Assembly (NCBI GenBank): GCA_905178155.1
Contig: CAJINV010000024.1
Coordinates: forward strand, 75,494-139,493
DNA: 64,000 nt
Direction of reading: 5' to 3'
Source: Amoebophrya sp. A120
Taxonomy: Eukaryota; Protista; Dinoflagellata
Shown here: positions 13,101 to 22,835 of the stretch, one piece after another
Layout of the letters: each line of letters opens with the position of its first letter
How positions within the stretch are numbered: position 1 is the first letter of the stretch
Made by a program: the position numbers and the translations under genes
The notes under the pieces: model-generated
Told to the model about the DNA's origin: nothing
The model's input: only the letters and a program-made list of their open reading frames with translations
The model's database searches: none

Positions 13101-16061
13101 GTCCTTGCCAGCAAGACAAATCTGATTGGTGTACGCAAATCCAGCGTGAGAAACTTCGTTTTGATATGGGGAGGGGGATTTTTCATTCTGATAGCTTGGC
13201 GGTGCTGCTGCTACTGCTGCTCGTCTTTGGCGAAGGGACAACGGGAGGTGCTGCGCCAGTTGTAGTACTAGTGGTCCCCGCACCTCCTCCGTTCACTGCT
13301 GCCGCCGCCGCCGCGCGGGATTTCTCCCCCGCGGCTATCATCGCCCGCAGATCCGTATGAATTGCAAATATGTCTGGGTCTGGAAGGATGCAGCTTGTGA
13401 TGCTGCGTCTGAATTCTACAAAAATCTGTATTGCATGAACAGCAAATAAAGACTTCCAGTTTTTGCCAGGGCGAGAGGGCATATCTCATGCGATATAGGC
13501 ATCAGCAAGCCCTCACAAAATCTGTCATGCTAGGGCATGCATCACAGACATTAAGAGTCATGCAGACTGTGCATGACAAACCTTGCATCCTTCCAGACCC
13601 AGACATTTTTGCAATTCATAATCCGGGGAACCGAGGTCCTCCGTGAGCACCGTCATCTTTTTTCTTTTTCCGTGAATCACGGGCGTTGCGTATCCTGTGT
13701 AAAAACGCCCCCACCCGCCCATAGTCAAGTTGGTAAATCTGCAACACAAATCTCCAAGTTTTGGGAGTTTTGCATGACAAGTTTCCATCTGTAGCGTAGG
13801 GCTGTTTAACGAGGGCAGCCGCATGAGAAACCGAGCTTCTCATCCTGTTTACGGCATTACAAAGTCCAAAACACGATTGGAAATGCCTCTCATGGAGATG
13901 TGCATTACAAATCTTCTTGTCATTTTACATCTGCATGACAACTACGGGGTGGGGACGTTTTTACTCAGGATATTGCGTCCCCGTCTTCGCTTTCCTCCGG
14001 CCAATGCTCGCTTGGTGGCGTGAGGAAAAGGAGTCTTGTCACGAGGGACCGCATATGGATTGCAAAAATGTCTGGGTCTGGAAGGTTGGAACTTAACATG
14101 CTAGATCTAAATGATGCAAAAATCTGTGTTGCGTGAGTGCCAAAAGCTGTCCGCTTTTGACCAAGTTGAGAGGGGGTTTCTCATGCAGGAAAGGCATGAT
14201 AGAGCCCTCAAAGGATCTGTCATGCTGAGTCTCGCATTCCAGACCTCATGGGTCATGGAAACCCTGCATCACAAATCTTGCATTCTTCCAGACCCAGACA
14301 TTTTTACATTTGATACCGCAGCTTGCCCTCGTCATCCAGGTCCGCGAAGTACTGAATGTCATCATCCACGTGCGTTTCCACGTATGCAATGCAAAAGCAT
14401 CGTACAACTCGTAGTAATCGCAGTTTTATGCATTACAAATCTCCATCAAAAGGTAAAACAGCATGACAAATCCTATTTCTCATGCTGAGCAAATTTGTAA
14501 TCGTAATGCAATTCATACTAGATGAACTAGTGCGATGCTTTTGCAATGCATACCACGGGTCTCCCGCGCTCCTCGGGGCTCGGACCTTCCGGCATCGTCA
14601 GCTCGTGGTACACGGCCCGCGGCCACTCCTGAATGTCACCGCTCAAGCATTTGTCGCAGAAGTCGTCGTCGTACGCACAGCTTTGCACCTCCTCAAACAT
14701 TTCGTTCTCGGCGACCAGGCCCATTTCTTCCACTGGGTCAGCATGTGTATCATCTACCACGTGCATGACTGCCTCGCCTTTGTGGTCAGCAGACTTCGCA
14801 CCATCCGTGTTCATCGTAGTGCCACTACGGTAAGAACCACTGCCATCTCCACCCAGTACTAACGCCCGGATTTGCTTGACCGCAGAACAATAGTCGTACA
14901 GCTTCCTACATCGTACGAAAAAAGAGTTTCACTGTAAGGATTTTGCAAGTTTTACGTCACAAGTTCGTTACATATGACCAAGAAAACTTGCCATGCGTGC
15001 TTCCTAAGGCAAAACACGTTGAAAAGCCCAGCGTCTTGCATGTGTAGCAAGACAAATAGTTGTGTGCTCCATTCTATGCGTCACAAGTTCACAGTGAAAC
15101 AGTTTTTTCGTGCGATATCCTATCTGCCACTTCGTTGTTCACCATGGCCAGCCGTTGCATCTCCCGCATGAGAAGCTCCCTTTGCTCCACCCGGCGGCAC
15201 CGGCCGTTCAGGAGCAGTAGCATCAGCTTCACGCAGATCTCGTGCCGGTCAAAGATGGCCGCGCCGCATCTGGGAGGGAGGAATGTATTTAAAGTATCCT
15301 CGAGATTATATGAATTTAGAAGTTGTTATACCGGTAGTTGTACGCTTGCAGTCTCGCTGACAAAGCGCGCTCGCCATGAGCAAAGTTGTGCATCATGACA
15401 AAGCGAAATTGATGATATAAACAAAATTTATAGTAGTACTTGGGTTCCCGGGGGATGCACTTGAACATGTTCGGAAAGATGTCGTCTCTCAACTCCTTAA
15501 ACAGCTGCCGGATCGTATCCTGAGCAAAAAAAAAGTCCCCACCCCAGAGTCAAGTGGGTAAATCTGCAACACAAATCTCCAAGTTTTGGGACTTATGCAT
15601 GACAAGTTTTCATCCGTACAGTAGTGCTGTTTAGCAAGGACAGCCGCATCACAAAGACAGTTCTGCTCATCCTGTTTACAGCATTATATATAAACACCAG
15701 AACACGACTATAAATGCCTCTCTTGCGGATGTGCATTACAGATTTTTCTGTAGATGCAAATTTGCATGACAACTATGGGGTGGGGACGTTTTTCCATGGG
15801 ATAGATCGTTTTCCGCAGGGGGCAAAAGAGTTGGAAGTCCTGCGTGAATTCGGCCCCGATGTACTCCCCGGTCGCCAGTAGCTGCAAGTTTGTGTGCGTG
15901 TGCATGTTATCCAGGTTTTCGTCTTTTAAAGCGATGCTCGGGAGTTTTGGCGGCTCGCAGTACGGGGAGTCGCGTTTTCCGCATTGCCGGTAGTACGCCG
16001 GGAGAATGTAGTGACCGGTAGTTGTTGGTGTACTACCGGTCGAGAGGAGTGCGGCGGACAT
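1141..16061 (-). CDS. Large multi-exon protein (~1264 aa predicted) with an internal Mediator subunit 31 (Med31/SOH1) domain; copy A; 24 introners plus 1 GT-AG intron
   Basis: ATG (MSAALL, conserved in copy B) at 16061 and TGA at 1141. Subtracting each IE+5 nt and the 170-nt intron leaves 3795 nt, and the exon frames join. Joined exons at 9060-9868 read QRFTWESQFLQSLLNPRYLQHV..DPDFRWFLRYLLYFRNPTYKIFLDYPVAVELLE, matching the Med31 pattern RF..ELEFVQ.LANP.YL..L....F.NYL.YL.YW..PEY..YL.YP..L..LELL. Confidence 0.8.
1274..1487. mobile_element. Introner, family C (shared with copy B 47674)
   Basis: Imperfect TIR tatcgcgagaaaaaggtgtttacag..ctgtaaaacacttttatcctgtgata; TSD ctttc. Confidence 0.9.
1577..1828. 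mobile_element. Introner, family A (A-only)
   Basis: TIR tatcaaatgcaaaaatgtctgggtctggaa; TSD tcttc; empty site in copy B near 47975. Confidence 0.92.
1870..2132. mobile_element. Introner, family A (A-only)
   Basis: 30-bp TIR tatcaaatgtaaaaatgtctgggtctggaa; TSD tcaag; B reads ctcttcaagcgg (empty). Confidence 0.95.
2877..3023. mobile_element. Introner, family B (shared with B 49037), decayed TSD
   Basis: TIR tatccagtgcaaaagtatcgtac..gtacgatacttttgcagttcata; flanks cgagg/ctggt. Confidence 0.85.
3076..3290. mobile_element. Introner, family C (A-only)
   Basis: tatgg..ggata ends with A/T tracts; TSD tttcc; empty in B near 51196. Confidence 0.88.
3336..3487. mobile_element. Introner, family B (A-only)
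   Basis: TIR core gcaaaagtatcgtactcgtataaatgca; TSD cggcc/cggct; empty site in B = cggct. Confidence 0.92.
3548..3800. mobile_element. Introner, family A (A-only)
   Basis: gtctgggtctgg TIR core; TSD cccag; empty in B near 52278. Confidence 0.92.
3968..4262. mobile_element. Introner, family A (A-only)
   Basis: TIR present; TSD tctgt/tcttt; empty site in B = tcttt. Confidence 0.88.
4405..4654. mobile_element. Introner, family A (A-only)
   Basis: tatgcagtgcaaata..tatttgcaatgcata; TSD accgt; empty in B near 52577. Confidence 0.9.
4839..9009. mobile_element. Introner, family A, expanded to 4.17 kb by a nested retroelement (shared with B 53148)
   Basis: TIRs at both ends; TSD agatc; the two halves join at ccaagtt into a normal ~260-bp family A element. 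Confidence 0.9.
4953..8854 (-). mobile_element. Probable 5'-truncated, degenerate non-LTR retrotransposon (RLE/CRE-like) nested in an introner
   Basis: 7-bp TSD ccaagtt. Short (CTA)n-type 3' tail (agtagtagtag in copy B). GC-rich minus-strand ORF pieces carry ordered motifs: VGDD (~8415), GRRLLRGP (~8190), MGLGL (~7180), CSMC..H (~6450), LVLDVAV (~6270), FTAIVADYGG (~6130). Motif assignment is by eye. Confidence 0.55.
9113..9468. mobile_element. Introner, family D
   Basis: tatcaaaattaaaaatcgcccc..ggggggatttttcctcgcaata; TSD agttc. Confidence 0.88.
9508..9717. mobile_element. Introner, family C (inside Med31 domain)
   Basis: tatcgcaagaaaaaagtgttacagttacac..gtgtaactgtaattttttttt..ggata; TSD tgtaa/tgtat. 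Confidence 0.9.
9869..11198. mobile_element. Introner, family F, carrying a 1.1-kb nested insert
   Basis: tatcgtgagaaaaaactgcttcactgtga..tcacagtgaaacacttttttcgtacgata; TSD tcgct/ttgct. Confidence 0.88.
10043..11148. mobile_element. Unclassified non-coding insertion with a 15-bp direct repeat
   Basis: gatgcagatcttgca at 10028-10042 and 11149-11163. Confidence 0.7.
11628..11879. mobile_element. Introner, family C-like (B carries a family A element at the same site)
   Basis: catcgcaaggaaaaagtgtc..gacagtttcttcgcacgata; TSD agtac. Confidence 0.85.
11920..12171. mobile_element. Introner, family A (A-only)
   Basis: TIR with left end mutated to tctc; TSD cccac/cccgc; empty site in B = cccgc. Confidence 0.88.
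12230..12491. mobile_element. Introner, family A (A-only)
   Basis: TIR with left end tgtg; TSD cagtt; empty in B near 59173. Confidence 0.88.
12562..12727. mobile_element. Introner, family B (A-only)
   Basis: TIR with left end aatc; TSD ggttc; empty in B near 59238. Confidence 0.9.
12874..13193. mobile_element. Introner, family D (A-only)
   Basis: tatcaaaaggaaaaatccccccctccccatat..atatggggagggggatttttcattctgata; TSD gcttg; empty in B near 59705. Confidence 0.92.
13356..13620. mobile_element. Introner, family A (A-only)
   Basis: Near-perfect TIR tatgaattgcaaa.atgtctgggtctggaaggatgca; TSD atccg; empty in B near 60067. Confidence 0.95.
13691..13972. mobile_element. Introner, family E (A-only)
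   Basis: tatcctgtgtaaaaacgccccca..tggggacgtttttactcaggata; TSD ttgcg; empty in B near 60132. Confidence 0.92.
14054..14315. mobile_element. Introner, family A (A-only)
   Basis: TIR present; TSD ccgca; empty in B near 60426. Confidence 0.92.
14383..14552. mobile_element. Introner, family B (shared with B 60493)
   Basis: tatgcaatgcaaaagcatcg..cgatgcttttgcaatgcata; TSD ccacg. Confidence 0.92.
14909..15117. mobile_element. Introner, family F (A-only)
   Basis: catcgtacgaaaaaagagtttcactgt..acagtgaaacagttttttcgtgcgata; TSD tccta; empty in B near 61009. Confidence 0.9.
15270..15439 (-). other. Probable canonical GT-AG intron with residual IE-like motifs (also in B ~61490-61654)
   Basis: GTACTAC...TTCCTCCCTCCCAG on the minus strand; removal joins EPK|CGAAIF in frame. 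Confidence 0.6.
15516..15803. mobile_element. Introner, family E (shared with B 61731)
   Basis: tatcctgagc-A tract-gtccccacccc..ggggtggggacgtttttccatgggata; TSD gatcg. Confidence 0.92.
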
Positions 16062-16320
16062 GGTGATCACGGGGTTCGGGTTTTGGCTTAGTTGGTTTCT
16101 ATACAATTCCTCTTCGTTCTTGTAAAAATTTGAAATTTCTACCAACTACGGAAGGAGTGTAAGTTCTAGGTGTGAGATCGACATGATTTCACGAAGTAGA
16201 TGTTGTAAGTGCTTCTAAGTTCGTCCGTAGAATAGATTGGCGCCGCTGTGGAAGATAGTAGAGTAGGAGTAGAAGAGAAGTGCCAAAATCTATCGACATT
16301 ATATTATAATCTTCAATGAA

Positions 16321-16945
16321 GGAGCCAAAGTTGCTTTGTTTGCATTTCAATTTCTGTCGTCGTAGCAAGAATCTTGGTCTATGTTGGAGTGTGTATTGGA
16401 AATCCAAGGTGTAGCTTCGTCGTCCAACAACGAGATACTTCCTAGCGCGACTGCCTCGAAGTCCAATCGAAACCTAGTCTCGATTTGCGTATTGTACTGC
16501 GTTAACCTGCATTTTCCATCTGGTCGCCCATGCGTTAAATCAATACATTCCCATCACTATCATCGTACTTTACAGAGTTACAACAAGACTCAGATCGCAC
16601 TGATCATCACTCGCTCCTTCTGGTGCCTGACGGATCCCTATTGGGTCCTGTGCTGGATAAGAATGATCAGAACGACAGGGAGTAGCAGCACTTTTACCCC
16701 GGTTTGACGAAAACCGGAAAGAAAGCGTCGCCATCGACATATCTCTGAAAGAGGAAGACCTCGTCCTTCAAACGCGAAACTCAACGACAGGTGGAACAAG
16801 TAGCCGCTCCTCGCCTTTCCGATCTTCCGGAAGTTCAAGCTGGGAGGTGGCAGGTGCTCGGCTACCGGGGCTGTTGATGTTGCCCCACCTTGCCTCGCCG
16901 TAGCGGGTTGTCACTCTTGATCATGGAAACTGAAATCGTACATAC
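16321..16945. repeat. Diverged local duplication of 20131-20660
   Basis: Shared collinear blocks gagccaaagttgctttgtt, gaaactcaacgacag, caagctgggagg.ggcaggtg.tcggctac, gaaatcgtacata. Confidence 0.7.
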
Positions 16946-17180
16946 CACACGAACTAGGTTCTTCACTGCCGGAGGACATTGCTCAGCACTTCCTTCTGAA
17001 CAAAAACGGAGCTGTCTTTAGATTTGTAGCATAAGTGTTAGCCTTGGTTATTGACCAGTTCCATTGCGCCGGCAAGACTATACCACGACGGAAACCTACA
17101 TCTACAAAGGCGCACTCTGCTAAAAAAATCGGATATTTTTCATCGTGCATTCCATATCGTATTCAAGCCTGTACCCCACA

Positions 17181-19811
17181 TCAGCTTTGTTCCTGAGACT
17201 CGCTTCCGCTGTAGATTTTGGAAGGATAAAAGACCAGATAGCTTTTCGGACTGTTAGTGAGCCTTTTCGGCACAAGTGGCGCGCGTTTATCGAGAAGCTT
17301 CTCGTATGATCCACGATCTCGCAGGCGCTGTGCATGGAAGCTTCGCCAGTCCCACTGAAGTTGGTCGTACGACCAACGGAGCCCTACACCATCGGAGCCA
17401 CTCCGCCACTTCTTTGCAAATTTCCGAAACATTTTTCGGAAAAATGGGTACCAGTTTTCGTCTAGCGGTTCCCTTCTAACTGGCGTTACCCAGAGACGTG
17501 GGTCGGTAGCATTTATCAATTCTGGGTTCAGGCAGTAACCTGTATTGTTTATGGATATGTTGCCCTTCGAATTAGTTTTAGACACAAATAAAGGTCTACC
17601 TCGTCGAGGTAGACCAGTCGAACAAGAATAGCACGGCTCGCACCATCGCTCGGCCAGGTGCTCACGCCACAGCGATTCAGAACCAAAACGAAGCCAGGCA
17701 TAGTCGGAGAGGAGGAGCAAATAAGATAAGCCTCAAGGGGAAGGGTTGGGTACACAGGATAGCTAGTTTCACATGGGAATATGTGCGCGGCCTGCTGTAG
17801 TGTGGGTATATCGATATCCACGTACGTCCAGTAGGCAGCCGTAACGGACACATTCCCATCACTCAACGAAGACACACGCATTTATCGACTTACCGTGCTT
17901 CACCGGAAATGGCAGCGAGTTGTACACAAGATCATAGTTCTGAAACAGAAACTCCGTTGCCATAGCCACACGGCACCTTCGATCCAAAATCAACGGATTT
18001 GGATTCCGCGCCATGTTCACTTTCCTAGCGAAGTCAGACGGAGAAACAGGGAGGCCTTCCGACGCCTTCCAGCTCTTCCTGTAAAAAGCGTGCGCGACCG
18101 GTGGGTTCCAAACTACCACATGTCGCACCGAAACAGCTGCAGTCTGAGTTTTTTTGCTTCTATCCACCGTTGCACTTCGGGTCGCAGATGATTCTTCGTG
18201 GAAAAAATCCAGAACCTCGCGAAAAAATGCCTTGTCGCTTTTGTGGCACCCTTTTCGAAGCTTGTCCGAGTCGTAGGTCGGCAAGATGGAAAAGCCCACA
18301 CTGCCTGCAGTTTCGTACAACGTGGCCGGATTGCACGTCTCCCTAACCATGGTCATCAGAAATCGTACCTGAAACAGAAGGTTAGAGTTGAAATTTTACA
18401 GATGCATAGATAGTATCTATTCAAAGGGCAAGCGCTAGTAACGCACAGGCAGTGGCAGCCAGTGAAGTGAGTCTGAGTGCATTGCCGACACGATCGCACC
18501 ACCTTCGCCTTGCGTTGAGAATAATCGCGCGCAAGTGGCAACGGCAGGCGAGCGAAAAAAAACGGAGCTGAAGGGAAACATATCAATAAATGTGCTGGCT
18601 CTACAAAAGGGCAGTACACTCCAATCCGTAGCGGCCGCAGAAGTTCGTTTGCCACCCTCTGCTCGAGATACTTCAACTTCAGATTGGTATTTTTGTAAAT
18701 AATCCCTGCCCAAGTCCACAGTGTCGCTCCAATAGTCAATAGGCATTTTTGTGCCCAATCGCTCCCGCAAAACCTCTATGTAGAGGTCTTCACAGCTATC
18801 CGTTCGGTCTTCTAGTGCTCTACCCAGAGTCTTCTGGGCGCGGGCGGCGGCAGCAAGTTGCGCACCGGTTGCGTCTGCTTCCGAATTCGGCTTGGCAGTT
18901 CCCAACAATGCAGCTGCGTCCCCAGCGGATAAGAAGCTCAAAATGCCGTTCTGCTCATTCAAAAAACCCGTTGGTCCAGAGAGAAGTAGCCCCGGCTGTA
19001 CGCGTTTGATATCGGTCAAAAGATCCCTACGCACTTCCGGTACGGCAACGGGTTGCTCCATTCTGACGGGCCTGTCCTCCCGTTGTAAGGCCTCTACCTG
19101 CATTCCAGCGTAATTTTGTTTTTCCTTCGGTAATGAATCGGCTCTGTTCAGCTTTATCTTCACCCCCGCCCGGCTTCCTACGTTAGCAGCACGGCTTGCC
19201 GACTCGCTGTCGCTCTCTTGCCCCGTCCGGATCTCCGTGCCTCCACTCGTAGTCCCTCTTGACGAGGCGCCATCGCTTCCGAATGTCGAAACGAAATCTC
19301 CACGCTGGGTACCTGGCGGCGGGCCCGGTATCATCCGAATAAAGCTGTCACCGGTGGAAGCCTGAATCGCAATATTTTTCGCGCCCCTGCGATAAGATGT
19401 GCCCGTTCTGTCCTCGACAATGCCCTCGTCGATCGCTTGGTCGGGCTCCGGGCGACGTTGCTCTCGCAGTCCATCCTCTTTTTGCAGCTCACTCGGCTGT
19501 GGCGTTCGTCGTCGCCCTCCTGCAGAAATATTTGGGCTTGTAGAAGATATCGCCGCCCCTCGCCCTCGGTCCTGCTGCGGCCTCAAGCGCCCGGCGCAGG
19601 TTTTTCTCAGTACGTGTCGCACTGTTTGAACCAGGCGGGCTCTTGTAGAACAAATTTCAACTTTCTCAGCAGCAGATGGAGCTGGAACAGCTGTATCGGA
19701 CGTTTCGGAAGCTGCAGCCGCTGCTCGTACTCCTCTACTCTTTGTACTAGCGTGGGAAAGGGAAAACCAAGAGAACAGCAAGAACTGCTGCAGGTGTTGA
19801 CGATGCCGCAT
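17181..19811 (-). CDS. Family X member 1: uncharacterised, probably secreted protein (multi-exon)
   Basis: Hydrophobic N-terminus (FLLFSWFSLSHA). Exons carry SCEDLYIEVLRER..YW, MTMVRETCNP..VVWNPP..RCRVAMATEFLFQ and GYCLNP..WYPFFRKMF..WSYDQLQWDW, all repeated in paralogs. GT..CAG intron at ~18369-18617. Confidence 0.7.
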
Positions 19812-21742
19812 TGTGCTTTCGACAGTGTAACTTTTCCTTCTCCCACCTTCTCGTAGGCTGATGGGGAAGCAAGAACTCACTCGCGCTTCCTAGTGACGTA
19901 AGTACTCAGGGGCACCACTTCTACCGTGAAAAAAAACGCTCTAGTATCACAACATCAATCATACAATTTGTCTACTAGCCGCGAGAAATTAATGCGTCGG
20001 CGCCGCTGGTGGACAAGAAAAGGGGGTGATAAACAATGAAGGAGCTCATATCTCCTGTGGATACCTATACCAGAATCTTCAACATCAAGTGAGATCGCAC
20101 ACTGCTCAGAGGTTGCACTTCTTAATGAACGAGCCAAAGTTGCTTTGTTCGTATTGATTTCCATCTTTGTCTAACTTTGGTCTAATATTATGGCTGTGTG
20201 TGCATAATTAGAAATCCAAGACGAGGCTTCGTCATCCGAGAAACCTATATTAGTAATCTTTTGACCTGCTTATGTGTTAAAGTAATGCTGGATCCCATCA
20301 CTTTGGTGTGGTCATCACACTTACAAGGCTTAGATCCGACTAACCATTTTTCAAGTAGTGGCCCCTTCTGGTGAGTGACAGGTCTCTACTGGGTACTGTG
20401 GATAATGATCAACAACACTTCTGCTCCGGTTAGACGAGAACTAAAAGGACGACGGACTTTTGAACAACAAAAACGTCTCCAGGCGTGAAACTCAACGACA
20501 GCTGGAACAAGCCGCTCCTCGCCTTTATTTCGATCACCCGGGAGTCCAAGCTGGGAGGCGGCAGGTGTTCGGCTACTGGGGCTTTTGACGTTGTCTTACC
20601 TTGCCTCGCAGTGGCGGGTTTTCATGCTGCTCTTGGTCATGGAAATTGAAATCGTACATACCCTTCGACCATTTGGGCGCCAACTACGCTCTTTCCACCT
20701 TTCAAAACAACAACAAGATCAGCTATATGTGCTACTTGGTTTACCAAACTTCATATGTTCTTTTTTACTTTTGTTCGTTAACTTGTACTCTTAATCCACC
20801 TTTTTTACTTTTACTCAACTTTTACTCTTTCAGGAGGAAAGAACTGCACCACCACGTGGATACAGTTGTACTGCTACATGTAAATCTTACAAATCTTCAC
20901 TCTACAACGCTGGAGGTGTAGTGTCCTTGAAGTACAGACCTTTTCAGATGTGCCATAGTGCTTGATGCGAGTACTCCATGTATAAATAAGGTTGTGGCTA
21001 CTTCTACTTGAAAAAAACATATTCTTTTCGTCGCAAAATCTTTCTGCTAGTCCCAAAAAATACGCCAGTCAAGGACTGGATCCCACCGTTTCCGTTCCAC
21101 ACAGCTTTTTTACATCAGTCGGCATGGTGCTAGATCTCGTCGAACTAAGTACTCGTTTCAAACTTCAATAGGTAAACAGATACTTCTTCATCAGGTGCGG
21201 CGCGCGTGTCTCGGATGTCCCTCCCAGTAACAAAACAAGACAGCAATGGACATCATCTGGACAGCACTACTTTACTCGTTAAACCAAACGCACGGGATCA
21301 CAGTCATATTTTCATACATCATATCAGCCCACTTCTACAGGTCTGATTTTGTTTTTGAGCCATAGTGGCGGCTTAAAATGTTGAAAAAGAGACAATACAT
21401 AGCCCATCACTAAACCCAACCTAAGGACGAAGGCTTCACTGTGTGTCTCAAAAAATTTGAACTGATACTACTTCTTTACTGTAATGATCAGGCTACTTCT
21501 TACTTTACTGTAACTCGTCTGCTGCTTTACATACAGCAGTTCCTCTAGATGCACTTGCATTTCCAAGCAGGTTTGTTGCGCTGCGAGACTACGCGCAGCA
21601 ACAACGAGACTCGCGCAAAGATCGTTCGTTAGCATTTTCCATACAGCCGAGAACTTTTCTTTTTAATACTCAAGTCGGAGCCCGACCTCATCAATCTTTC
21701 CGTCGTCTACTGCCACTCCTCACCAATTCTTGAGCTCCTTCG

Positions 21743-22624
21743 TTACGTCGCCTTCTCTTTCCGCGCAAGCGTCATGTGCACGCCGCGCTTTCGGACATCG
21801 GCAGACGCGGGCAGTTTTCCGCCGTAAACCAACGGCGCGACGTAGTGGTGGTAGATGTCTTCCACCACTCCCCGAAACATTTTCAGTGCTCGCTTGCGCA
21901 TTTTCTCGTCGGGCTTTGGTTCCCCCTCGTCTACTGCATGCAGCAGCCCGTCCGGCGAGCATGTTTTTGGTCTGTCGATGGACAAACGCGAGAGCCCGGC
22001 CACCAAATTGCTCATCTCTCTGGTACGGCAGTTGCGGGTGAGTTTTTCATCGACCTCCCACTTATCCCCGGCCCCGCGGCGCTGCACGCAGGCCGCTTCG
22101 CCGTGCCCTGGATCTGGGCACAACACGACCTGGCGGTGGCCCTCTGGTGAACAGAACTCGGCCTCCAGGACATAATGCTCTCCTTCAACCCGTATCTCGC
22201 AGGGTGAGAGCCCGTAGAGCCCCACGCCGTTCGTAATGGCGCGCTCGGTTCCCGCATCGGCTGCTTTCCGCTGCACCTCCTCTGTGATTACGTCCACGAG
22301 GTGCGACCAGATCCCCGGTTCGCACGAGGTAGGGACCACCATCGTCATATTGTGGGACTGCTGAAGATCAGTTTCCGACAAACTGCAGCACGAAGGCTGC
22401 CGCTTTCCGAAAGTGGTACAATGGCGCGCAGCCGCAGCTCCGTTACTGAGGCAGTAGTGCGCCATACTGGATGTGGATGCGGTTTGTGGGCCGTGGTCTT
22501 GCTGCACCCGTATGTGGCTTGTCTCGCTTTCAGGAGTCCGTGCGGCCGAATCGGTACCAAGACTCAGATTTCGCATGGCGGGGTATCGAAATGAAACACC
22601 GTTTCCTCTCGCGGAATCATTCAA
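21743..22624 (-). CDS. Hypothetical protein or exon
   Basis: 293-aa ORF on the same strand as neighbours; no recognised motif. Confidence 0.45.
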   Translation of the reverse strand: MNDSARGNGVSFRYPAMRNLSLGTDSAARTPESETSHIRVQQDHGPQTASTSSMAHYCLSNGAAAARHCTTFGKRQPSCCSLSETDLQQSHNMTMVVPTSCEPGIWSHLVDVITEEVQRKAADAGTERAITNGVGLYGLSPCEIRVEGEHYVLEAEFCSPEGHRQVVLCPDPGHGEAACVQRRGAGDKWEVDEKLTRNCRTREMSNLVAGLSRLSIDRPKTCSPDGLLHAVDEGEPKPDEKMRKRALKMFRGVVEDIYHHYVAPLVYGGKLPASADVRKRGVHMTLARKEKAT

Positions 22625-22835
22625 AGCCGAATCGGAAAAATTTTTCGGGTCGTGCCTGGTCTGGCTAGATGAACATTCTTCGGAAGATAGAAGTTAATGC
22701 AAAAGACAATTCTTGGCCAAAGAAGTACGATGCACATGCATGTGCAAACAAGAAGGTCTTCAATGCAAAACTAGGTCCAGCAACTTGGTTCACAGAGCCG
22801 GCTTTAAAATCCGCGGGAAACAGCACACAATTATT

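Noticed and set aside
1475-14488. Recurrent ORF peptides FQTQTFL / CKNVWVWK / MSGSGR / PDPDIF suggesting a repeat-protein family
   Set aside because: They are translations of the family A TIR in different frames, not proteins.
1274-15803. Repeat-spacer appearance reminiscent of a CRISPR array
   Set aside because: The repeats are inverted pairs with TSDs, the intervening sequences are exons of one ORF, and there are no cas genes in this eukaryotic context.
21355-21369. Partial similarity (ttgagccatagtggc) to the reverse complement of the dinoflagellate spliced leader
   Set aside because: Only about 12 of 15 bases match and no linked start is evident; compatible with chance.
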